Shown: piece by piece, positions 33,795 through 44,462 of the stretch
Position numbering within the stretch: position 1 is the first letter of the stretch
How the letters are laid out: each line of letters begins with the position of its first letter
Assembly: GCA_009103225.1 (NCBI GenBank)
Contig: RHPI01002503.1
Location: 180,391-244,390 of the forward strand
From: Chlorokybus atmophyticus
Taxonomy: Eukaryota; Plantae; Mesostigma and Chlorokybus algae
Direction of reading: 5' to 3'
DNA length: 64,000 nucleotides
Program-made: the position numbers and the translations under genes
The notes under the pieces: model-generated
The model's database searches: none
What the model saw: only the letters and a program-made list of their open reading frames with translations
Told to the model about the DNA's origin: nothing

Positions 33795-35995
33795 TTAACT
33801 AAGGGCGGTATTGTGTTCGGTGTGTTTCAAAGTGAGGCAATGGTCCTCATCCATACTTGCTATCTGCAAAGTGTTCTGCTTGCTCGTTAAGAGCCCTTTA
33901 ACACTTTGCGGCGGCTTGGCAATACCAGCGGCAACGAGAGACCTGAAGCCTTCCAATGCGTTGGAGCCATCGAAACGCACAGAGTAGGAGACTGAGCTGG
34001 TTGAGGCATCATTATCGTCGCCATCTTCTTGCCCAAACAGAGGGTCATGCACCTGTGGGAAAGAGGCATGCAAGGTTGCGTACATGCTGGGCAAAAGCAC
34101 ATGAGAGTTTCCGTTGGGGCGTTTGACATGATGCTTTGAAGCACGTACCTGAAACTCTATGTGATCAAGTGCGGGAAGCGGGCCCGACCCAAAGAGCTGC
34201 TCTGCTAACACTTGAGATGCTGGCTTTGCTGTTTGTTTGTCTGCAGCTGTCACACAACACGTGCACACCGTTTGAACATAACCGCAAGTAGTAATATGGA
34301 CTCTCAGCCAAACTCCACAACTCTGCACCTTTCATTGGCCGCTTCCGCTTGTTACGCTCCAATGGCCCGCCTGTCTCCACCCCTGACTGCTCAGGCAAGG
34401 AACTGCTGCTGTCCCCATGGACCAATTGAAACAGCGCATCTGCACATTTGCACACAACCAACATCACCATACCAACATGCTTGAGACGCGACAAGATGCT
34501 ACTCAAGCCTGTACCTATTCGTTTGCCGCTCAGGTTCTGCTCTTCAACATGGCTGCAGCCCAGCGCGGCGCCGACAGCATGCAGGATATACGGTTTGTGC
34601 TCGTGGCGCGGGCTCGACCACAGCACGTATGGTGACCTCGTGTGGTAGACAAGGTAGCACGCCGCCGCCTGCTGCTGCCGTGCGGTTGCGCCCGGCGTGT
34701 CTGCAGCAATGCGAAGCCACAACGCGTCGCCGGACGCCCGCACCAGAGTGTGCTGGATCAAGGAGCATCCAACGTTCAACCGCAGCTGTGTCATATGTTT
34801 GAAAAGCCAACACTACTTCGCTTGTAGTTGGTCTTGTTACCTGATGATAGTATATGCTGAACTCTTGTGTGATTCGCGATGCGAGCGCCGTGCCATCAAT
34901 CTCAGGCCTGGCCCACTGCCCTGCATGAATGCGTGACCAACTTGTGAATAAGCAGGCACTACTGGCGTCATTGCATAGCAAGCCAATGGCAAACCCACCT
35001 GAACTTTGGGGTATATGCAGGGCGTGCCATCGCTTGGATGTCGGACGTGCACGTATATCTGCATAACAAGCAACCATAAGATGTGTGCATGGTACCAATA
35101 CTGACCCAATCACGACACAAGCCTGAATGCATGTTCTCTGTCTTGCGAACAGTTACAAGTTGCGCATGTAGACATGCATGCAACGTGCTGGGTGGCTTGA
35201 CTCACATGCCAGATCAACCTCGGCAACCTGCTCTGGCGTAGCGCCTTCATCCTGCAGCGTATGGAATGGAAATGCACCACGTTCGTTGTTGGTTACCAAC
35301 TTGCAAGCACGCAGCAAAACCTACCTCTTACCAGATGGTCGTCGAGCATGCGATCAACAGTGGCGTGCTTGCTTTCGCTGCTCGTCACCTGCCCGCCCCA
35401 TTGCCGCAGCAGCTGCATATGCAGACGTGCAACACATCAGTCAACGCTCACAAACACATACGCAATGCTTGATTGTTAAAATGCTTTTGATTGAGAAGAC
35501 GTGTGCATTGTCCAAACAATACTGTTAGCTGCGTTGGCCACCAGCAGCTGAAATTTATTGGACAGGCCTTTGCCGCATACTGCAAACAAAGGTGAGACGC
35601 CGTGCATGTCGTGCTGTTTGCAATGCCGTTTTGTCAGTCAATTCAGGGTATGATTAGTTCTGCTTGTGAGTAGCGTGGACCTGCGCATTAGCAATAAAGT
35701 TGTCAAGCAGCCATCGTTGAGACAAACTTGCTTTCCCCTCGGGGATTGGGCCGTTCGGTCACTCGGTGCTTTGGTCGCATTGCAACAGTTACTGTCAAGA
35801 CAACAACACCATCCAAGTCCAGCAGAGAGCACAGCAGCAGAGCCTTGCAGACAATCACGGCTGATTCACACTGCAAGGACACAAAAAAACTGAAACGCCG
35901 TCAACAACAACCCCAGCGCCAACCTCATCTAGCTCGTGCTTGCGGAGGCGCTTCAGCATGCCGCGCAGCGTCGCCCGGTCCGTGACGCCGGCCAT
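33795..35995 (-). CDS. CENPN: Centromere protein N (CENP-N/Chl4/Mis15) homolog, multi-exon
   Basis: Spliced product: MAGVTDRATLRGMLKRLRKHELDE-LLRQWGG...-EQVAEVDLAY-IRARPTSKRWHALHI...-GDALWLRIAADT...CYLVYHTRSPYVLWSS...LSGKRI-DALFQLV...-QLFGSGPLPALDHIEFQ-...SVRFDGSNALEGFRSLVAAGIAKPP. This is colinear with recalled human CENP-N segments ELTTILKAWDF, LLDIIYMQFHQHQKVW, NAVWIRIAW, YVVYYSQTPY, FGDYPQPQLE and IKFSSPHLLEALKSLAPAGIADAP. Confidence 0.85.
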
Positions 35996-36750
35996 GCCTG
36001 CTTAAGCTCAAGCAGCTGTAGCGAACTTTGAGGCCTGTGGTCTAAGCCTGTAGCCTAACGGCTCACGCCTAGCTTATGCGCAACTGTCTCCTAGTGGCCG
36101 GTTGGGGCAGGCGCCGGTTGGTGATTAGGCCTCCCACCTCCACCTCCACCGTCGCCCCCGCCTCCGCCCTCCAACGACGAGGTCATTGAGGACAGAGACA
36201 AGCATGAGGCGGTGTATGAGGCGACTTGGCGCCACACGCAGCTTCGTCTGAACGCGTGTGCGTGCGCCAAGCAGTCATAGCAAGCACTTGTACAGGCTTA
36301 ATCATAGGCCAGATGCATCACAGTATTCAAGTGCTAAACTAGCAAGGCACAAGCAAGCCAAGTATAAGCCAGCAACAACAACAAGCAGCCAGGACTTTAT
36401 TGTAGCAGGGGCGGTGCTTAACCTATTGCTATGTGCAGTAGCTGTGCAAGTGCAAGTGCAAGTGCAAGTAGTGGGGGAGGAGGTGGAGGGGTGTGAAGAA
36501 GTTGGCAATAGGGTAGCAACCAACGTGTACATGTTGTATGCCTGCGCTACCACCACCATGCGTGTGCATTCATTGCGCTTTTCACCAACACCGTACACAC
36601 TAAGTAAGTACGAGCAAGCATGAGAGAGAGGCTCAGAGCCAGTGCAACCTTCAACCGCAACCAAGAGAAATAAACAAAGAATCAAACACACGCAACTTCC
36701 CACTGCACAACCCAACATTCCCTCCCGGAATCAACATCCCCCAGCCGCTA

Positions 36751-36838
36751 CTAGTCATCGCCCCCGCCGCAATCATGCCCACCGCTGTCAGGCCCGCCGC
36801 CATGATCCCATCCCCCCGAGCTGTGATGATGATGATCG

Positions 36839-36872
<34 letters not shown>

Positions 36873-38177
36873 CTCCACTACCCCACCCACTGCTCCATCC
36901 ACTACCCCATCCGCTACTTCCTCCACTACTCGTTCCACTACTCGGCCCATGATCCCGGCTCTGACTGTCATGCTGATTCTCATGATGGTTGTGTGAACGG
37001 CTGGTTCCCACATCATCGTCGTCCCATGCGCTCAGCAACGCCCACCCGTCGTCGTTGTCGTCCTTGCGGTTGTTGCGTGTCGTTGTTGGGGAAGGAGGGC
37101 CGGGGAGGTAGCGGCGCTTGTTGGAGGAGGAGGAGGAGGAGCGGGGCTGAAGGGCGCGAGAGAGCCAGATGGCGAAGGTGGCAAGAAGAGCGAACCTGGT
37201 GGGTGCGGGTGTGGGTGCGGGTGTGGGTACAAGTAAGAGCGTGTGCTTGCATATGCGAGTGTGCATGCGTGCGTGCATGGTCGCATGTGCAAGCGTGCAT
37301 GGGTGTACATCCTCGTATGTGTATGTGCATGTGCACTTGTGCATGCGTGCACGCATGCGTAGGTACTTGCTTCGCTACAGCAGCAGTTCAGTTATTTCTT
37401 ACATGAACACTTCGCCAAGGTCAGTCACAACGCCGCCAGTGACCCAGACGACGAGCCACACCGCGAGCACGGCGCCGACGTACTTGAGGCGCATGGCGGA
37501 CGTGCCTGGCGCCGCCAGCAGTTGTCTGCACGCGCACACAACCACAACATATGCCACATGCTCGAGTCAGCCGTTGACACAATAACAGCTGCAAGACAAT
37601 AGATAAACTACCCGACCACCCAACATGCCAGAAACGCAGTGTGCATGCAGCGCAAGGCACAGCTTGCAGTAGGAAGTTCACACATGCAACCAATGCTGGA
37701 TGGTGGGTGACACACAACACGCGCTATGCTTAGAGGCGGACATTGCATACACACAGTCCATGTTGCAAGAGTGCAACATTACTGCGTGTAGACGCAATTG
37801 CCACGGTAAAAACAAACAAACAGACACAACCACTCCTTCCATGCCACAGCCATCCCCTTCTCTCACTTGGACGTCTTGACAGTGGCTCCCCACACTTCCT
37901 GCGCCGCCGCCGCTGCTCCCGCAGCCGGTCCCCCCACCCGCGCCCCTCGTGGTTTCCTGGCGCGCTCGGTGCCGTCAGCCATGGCGACCACGCCGCCGTT
38001 GACATGGCTGCGGCGGGAGGGGAGCAGCCTTGACGGTCCTAGCCGCAATGGACTGAGACATAGACCCTTCCCGGGACTTCTGAGGGAAGTTGGCCGCTCC
38101 ACTCCCCGGACACTGAACCTGGCACGGCATGCTGACGACACTAACGTCGTTGGGGACACCGCCGCCATCGCCGCCAT
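36751..38177 (-). CDS. Hypothetical protein with predicted plastid transit peptide, two hydrophobic helices and a Gly/Ser/His/Trp-rich C-terminal tail (3 exons)
   Basis: Exons 38177-37867, 37525-37403 and 37195-36751 join in frame at GT-AG sites. The N-terminus MAAMAAVSPTTLVSSACRARFSVR... is Ser/Arg-rich. The hydrophobic segments are YVGAVLAVWLVVWVTGGVV and VFMFALLATFAIWLS, and the tail is ...SGWGSGWSSGWGSGG...HHHHSSGGWDHGGGPDSGGHDCGGGDD*. Confidence 0.65.
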
Positions 38178-38792
38178 CGCCGCCGCCGCCGCCGCCGCCG
38201 AGGGCGTAGTTCACTAGTTGCCGGTCTCACTCACTCAACTGGATAAAGTGAATCAAACTCAGTGAATCAAACTCGTTCGCGCGAGTCTCGACAAGTGATT
38301 CAGCAGTAGGGGATGCCCGCCCGCGCAATCAACACATAAGCTGCAGTGCGCGTCCCCCCCCCCCCGGCTTTCTGACACGTGACGCCTGCAGCAAGCGCCG
38401 CCTCGCTGCTGGCTGTTTGCCTTGGTTTTATTATGAACTAGACCTATGCAAGTGTGAAACCAACAACTCAAGGCTAGGCAGTGTGAGAAGCTTTACACTC
38501 AGACTGCACTCAGAATGCATACAATGCCGTCAACAATGGTTGCCCGAATCTGTTTGCTCTGGCGGGTTGGTGGGAAAGGGGTTACGTCCAGATTGGCTAG
38601 GGCGAGATCGACCACCAGTTGCCCTGTGCTCTACCTGACCTGTTCTGATTGATGATCGATCCAATCTGCTTGGCCAAAGCCAATTCAGCAAACGGACTAC
38701 GTGCATTACTTTTGAAGATGTTGTGTACAGTAGTAGTAGTAGTAGTATAAGGCGTCCGCCTGGCAATTAGTGTTGATTATCCTTCGTCTGCA

Positions 38793-40235
38793 ATGAAGGT
38801 CAGCAGTATGAGCAAGCCATCAAAAGCATACAATCAGCAACAACCACAGCGACGCTATTTCTGCATCATCATGTTGTTTGTGACACCGCACTATCTCGTT
38901 GCTGTTGGGGTTGACACGTTGCCCAATCTCTGTGATGACGTATTGAGTGCTATGCAGGTGACGTCTCCTTTTCTTATTCGACTACACCTGGACAAGACGC
39001 ACCAGCTCCTCAACGGCAGGAGCTTCCAGGTATACCCTCCAGCCTGTACTTCATAACCATGACGAATAGTATACTAATAGTCAGTACTTACTTCATACTA
39101 TACTACTAAGTTTACTGCACAGATGTTGAGGATGTACTTCAAGGCCCTGGATGTGCGCGACCACGACCGCATGGACGACATTGCCTTCCTGGCCTTCATG
39201 CGCGCAAGCACAGACCTGAGGTGGGTGGTGGATGGATGGCGCATATGATGAATGCACACACCAGCACTCCACTTAAATGTGCGTGTGCATGTGCGTGTGC
39301 GCATGCGGGATTATTTCAACAGCAGCCTTCACTGATTATCACGCACTGCGCAGCACTGCGCGGATATATAGTGTGTTTGAGATGTTCGATGTGGATGCCA
39401 GCGGGTACCTTGATTTCGACGAGTTCTACCTCCTGTGCTGCATGCTCATCTCCATCAAGGTGATACAACACTTGTCATTAACAACCACTATGGTATGGTA
39501 ATCCAACTCACAAACAAGGGGTAGAAAAACACAACGGTATCCAATTATTCTCCATAAACATACCATCGCAGAACCATGAGGAGAAGGCGTTCTCAAGCAT
39601 ACACTCGCGGACTTGCTTCGAGCTGCTAGACGCTGACGGGAGTGGTAGCATCACACTACAGGTGAGTGGGGGACGTTTATACAACAAGTACTCTCCAACA
39701 GATGATGAATATCACCTTTTCACCGGCATGCTCGCAGGAGTTCCAGCGGTTTGGCTTCATGTTCAACATCTCACAAAATGCATCGCAGAAGATCTTCCGG
39801 CACTTTGATGTCGACGACAGTCAGGTATGATTATTACCAGAAGGGAATTAATTATCTGGCAACCCTCCAATGGGCACCCATCTACTACTTGTTCACAAAC
39901 ACCGAGTCATGCATGTTGTGCAGGAGTTGGACTATGAGGAGTTCAGGATGTTCACTCTGGCTTGCCTGGAGATGCAGCAGGAGATGGAGCAGCTGCAGGC
40001 CCTGCAGAAAAATATGAGTGCGTGCCATTGCATTCACTTGCTTGTGTCTCCTGTCGTGAGTTGGGTGTCGGTTTTGTTTTGTGATGATTTTGCTGTGTTC
40101 TGCTGTTTCTGTAGCTTTTCCAACTGCAACGGCTGATTAGTGTTTTACCTAACTTTACGCGCAGGCCCTCTGAGAAAGCTGAGTTTTCAGGCTCAGAGGT
40201 GGGTCAAAGACAGGGACTTGTGCCAAATCCAGTAG
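38793..40235 (+). CDS. EFCAB9: EF-hand calcium-binding protein, EFCAB9-like (CatSper auxiliary subunit family), 8 exons, 207 aa
   Basis: Exons 38793-38798, 38958-39029, 39123-39220, 39354-39459, 39572-39661, 39738-39824, 39924-40017 and 40165-40235 total 624 nt with consistent phases. EF loops are DVDASGYLDFDE, DADGSGSITLQE and DVDDSQELDYEE. The non-EF segments FLIRLHLDK, YFKALDV, TDLS, EFYLLCCML and NHEEKAF...HSRTCFELLD match recalled EFCAB9. Confidence 0.8.
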
Positions 40236-40399
40236 CAACCAGTAGCAACACGAGATTCCACTCAAGTCACTGCTGTACATACGCACTGCCCAAAGCCATA
40301 CGCTGCAGACGACACCCGACTCTGCAACATGTCATGCAAGCCGCAGCAAGTCCGTTACACGAGTAACTGTTTGTGTGTGTGCATATGCGCGTTCGCCCC

Positions 40400-43300
40400 T
40401 CATGTCTCCAGGCCCAGTGGCCTTGTAAGCCAACTCAGTCCCACCTTCAGCTTGTGCTGGTTGGTGGGCAGCCGGTAGAGATACGCCAGCTTGCGGACTG
40501 CCACAACACGCACGAGAGTGTATCAGTCACTTAGATGTCAGTGTTGTGTGGGCTGTTGGGAAGAAGCAGAGAAAACATATGGGTCAACATCAAGCCCACC
40601 TGCTCCGCCCGCTGCGCCAGCGAGCTCCAGGTTGCCGGCGATGCTCAGACGCACCGCCCCGTCCATCTTGCCGAGTGTCATCATGTCGCCGAGGTGCTGG
40701 TACCTGCGTGCGGGATGCTCAGCAGCTAACAACACTCAAAACTCCGCGTGCGTGCATATATGCATGCGTGTGCGTGTGTGGACGCATGCGTGCGCGTGGG
40801 CGCATGCCTGCATTTTTGCACGCGCATACGTACGTGCGTGCGTATGCTTGCACATGTTTTGTGTGAACCCTTAGACCGCAGCATAAGTTACATTGAGGAA
40901 TGCTACTCGCAACCAGCCTGACAGAATATAACCAGAATCCAGGTGTTACTTACTTGAAGGGCAGTAGTGGCTTGCCGTTTATTGCAGACCACAAGTTCCA
41001 CCCAACATAGTCCGCTTGCTGAAACGCCACCTGCTCAAGTAATAAAGTCAGGACACGCGCATCCACACCCCCCACACACACGCGCATCCACACAACTCGT
41101 TGCACACACCGCAAGAGCTCCTTGTGCACTCTCCTCACGCAGTCACAACAACACGTTAGCACGCAAGGAGCCCCTCACCTGCGCCGTGGACGGCAGATAT
41201 CTCCCGTTCTCATCCACCGCGGTCGCCGAATCCCCCAACGCAAACACCCTCTGATTCCCTCTCACCCTCAGCGTGGCATCCGTCTCCGCTCTCCCCCTCG
41301 GATTCAACGGAATCATGGCCTCACCGTTCCTTCCATTCCCACTCTCAGGCACGATGGATTCGGTACCGACGGTCCAGAGGACGAGGTCGGATAGTAGAGT
41401 GGAGTAGGAGCCGTCGGAGGACTGCACGTCGATGGTGACGGGGGAATCGGGGACGCCCTCGCGAGAGACGCCGCTGAGACACTTGACGAAGGTGCCCAGG
41501 AGGAGATCGACGTTGCGGGAACGAAGGACCTGGTGGGGTTGAGAGGTGTCTGGTTGGAGTGTACGACAACAACAGGAAGTACAAGCGCGACAACAACGAC
41601 AACAACAACAACGGCAACGGCAACAACAACAACGGCAACAACAACAACATCAACTACAACAACAGCAGCAGCAGCAGTAGCAGCAACACCACCAGCAACA
41701 CCACCAGCACAAGCAGCAACAACAACAACATCAGCAGCAGCAGCATCAACAACCACAACCCCACCCACCTCCCTCGCCGCGTTGCGTTGTACGTCCGGCG
41801 CAAACGGCAGGAAGTCCTTCACGGGGTCGATGACGCGTACGTTCCCGCGTTCCCCGAGCCTCTCCGCGATCGTGGCGGCCAGCTCAATGCCGGAGTAGCC
41901 CGCGCCGACCACGGACACGGAGATCGGGGGACGGCCGGGCTTCAGCTTCTGGACTTGCTCGAGATGGGTCAGACGGGAATCCACGTTCTGGCAAAAGCAA
42001 AGGAAGAAAGGAAGAAAAGAGTCAGTTGTTGCGACACGCAAACACAACATTTGCAAAGTAGTAAATCATCAAGTGCACATATGAATAATGATGAATGAGA
42101 TTATGTCATCAAACTGTCAGTGTCAGTCGTTGATGACAAAGCAGTTTCTTTGCTTGAATGAAAGCATTGATGGCAAGTCTATGTTTGGTACAAGGTGAAT
42201 GCATTCACGTATTGTGTAACTGCTGCACTTGTTGTTTTGGCTAGTAAGCATCAAGCGCAATGAGCACTTCTCCCAGTACCAGCGCATCCTCTAGCGTGAT
42301 GAAGGGGCAAGCATACTCTTTGGCTCCAGGGCAGATACTCAACTTTGCCTTGGCACCCAGCGCCAAAACCAGCCTGCACACCACAAACACACACTTGCCA
42401 CAAAGACCTCCGCTACCGATAACACATGAGCAACACGGTGTTCATACGCAAAACAATGAAGCCGATCAGTGCCCTCAGCAATGCAGCAAAGCCAGTCTAC
42501 CAATCATAGGGCAGTTCTTGACCGTTGTCAAGCTGGACAGTGCCCGCCCCGGCCCCGGGTCGCACGGACTTCACGGTGGCCTGCACGAACTTCACGCCCG
42601 TGGAGGCAAGGAGGTCGTTGAACCGCGGGGCCACCTCCCACGGCTTGACTTCTGCGATACAGATGATAAAGTATGGATACATAGATAGTGCATAGCAAAG
42701 CTAATGTACTATATGTCTCACCGTGGTTAAGAAGCTCGTATAACAGCGGTTTGAAGATAAAGCGTTCCGACTGATCAACGAGTGTGACCTGTGGACACAC
42801 GGTAGAAGATTGATTAATTGAGAGTGCCATGACTTGTTGGCAGCTGACAGTGGGCATGTGACAGACACACAACCATAACAGCACAAAGTGCAGCGCACCT
42901 GCGGTCGCGTGTTGCGCGGCCAGTACAGCGCGTCCACCTTCAGCGCCGTGTACAGTCCTCCAAACCCACCACCCAGTATGCAGATCCTCGGCCCCTAGAG
43001 AATAACCTCTGTCTGTTGTCAACACATTACTGCATTGCAGCACATCTCAACAAACCATGACTATCAACACGCACCCCAGTTGCCGAGTCCATGCGGGCAG
43101 CGCCCTGGCCTTCCAGCATAATGTCATTGTTAGAGAGCCGGCTGGCGCTGCTTCTGTGCATGGACTGACTGCTGCTGGTGCCTGTGCCTGCGCTGGTGCT
43201 GGGTCTTGTGTTTGAGAGGAAGTCTGACGAGCCTTTGGGCGTGCTCGCATGCATATCTGATGATGATGTTGCTCTTGACTGTGCACTGCAGCTGCATGGC

Positions 43301-43834
43301 CTCCTTGCATTTGTTCTGGTCAACGATGCGGCAGGCTGCTGCTCTGCGCACAGCAAAGCAATGTTGTGTGTACTTATGCATGCAACCGACCTTTTGCTTG
43401 CTCTGCCTGCTGCTCTACATGCTAACTTTCCATAAGTGTGGTCCACACACCAGCATAAAAAAAAGCAAGGACTGACTGATTGCATCACGCGTTTCCCACC
43501 TAGCTTGTCTGGTAGAGTTCTTCTGGAAGACAGGCTCAGCTGCAGTGACAGACCACATTCAGAACTGTTACATTGTACTTGCTGTCGCAGCTGCTACGCG
43601 CATTTCACAAGCTCAATGCAACCAAGAGTGAAATATATTGACCTCAGCATCGATATACATTTCTGCTCATGCTAGCGTTTAGGTTAGATTTAGCTGCACC
43701 ATGCATGCAGCATGCAGTTGACGCTCCAACCATACCGAATCCTTTCTCCTGGTATTTAGCCGTTGCGGAGCAGCACCACATAGCCAGCTAGCGTTAATCC
43801 CACACGTAAACGTCATCGCCGCCGCCGCCGCCAT
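40400..43834 (-). CDS. NDC1: Plastid type II NAD(P)H dehydrogenase C1 / demethylphylloquinone reductase, multi-exon
   Basis: A transit-like start MAAAAAMTFTCG precedes ICILGGGFGGLYTALK (FAD), LVDQSERFIFKPLLYELL, YDWLVLALGA and VVGAGYSGIELAATIAERL. The C-terminal half has VFALGD, LPSTAQVAFQQADYVGWNLW, PFKYQHLGDMMTLG and RKLAYLYRLPT...KVGLSWL. Stop TGA at 40400-40402. Confidence 0.95.
41566..41757 (+). repeat. Compound (AAC)n/(AGC)n/(ACC)n microsatellite in an NDC1 intron
   Basis: acaacaacag...aacaacaacaacggcaac...agcagcagcagcagtagcagcaacaccacc... lies between the NDC1 exons ending ...NAARE and beginning VLRSRNVD. Confidence 0.8.
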
Positions 43835-44462
43835 CCTTCCCGCTGTAACAACCACATTGATGGCCTTCCACGTGTCCTCTCAAGCTGCCAGCAACTTAGG
43901 GTTGCCCTAGGGCAGAATCGATCGATCCTGAACATCTTCAATTGAGCTGAACCGGTTTCAGCGCCTGATGCCCCCAAGTCACGTGCTTAGGATCTATTTC
44001 AAGCGCAGCGTCACGCGTGTGCCGCGACATAACGGCGGAAAGCCCGCCAGCGTGACGGCGTGACGCAGCCCGCCCTGCCCGTTGGCGCCCTGCACTGGCG
44101 GCGGCGGCGGCGGCGGCGGCATCTGCTGCGGTGGTGGGCTTCTGCTTCTGAGGAGACGGAGTGTTACATGGACAATACATTCCGTTTGCACAGCTTGTAC
44201 ATAGGCCTATTGTATTCACCATTCTACTTCTACTCATCAGCAGCAACGGTTTAGGGTTGCGTTTAGGTCTAACCTCAAGTTTTTGCTTCAAGGCTTAGTT
44301 CGTAGGGTGCAAGGCTTAGGGCTTGGAATTCCAGGCGAAGGGGTGTAAGATCTCAAACCCTCCATCCTCCTTGTCTCTCTCGTCCGCCTTCCCAAAAGCA
44401 ATGAGTAGATAGGGTTCAAGGAGGGGGGGATCAGCCCTCCTCCACTACTACTTTATCCCCAC

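Noticed and set aside
43896-43916. gttgccctagggcag as an RFX X-box upstream of HYDIN
   Set aside because: The second half-site does not match RGYAAC, and RFX factors are not established in the green lineage.
43938-44291. 117-aa minus-strand ORF between NDC1 and HYDIN
   Set aside because: It has a non-ATG start, low-complexity GC-rich promoter-like sequence and no recognisable motif; more likely UTR/promoter.
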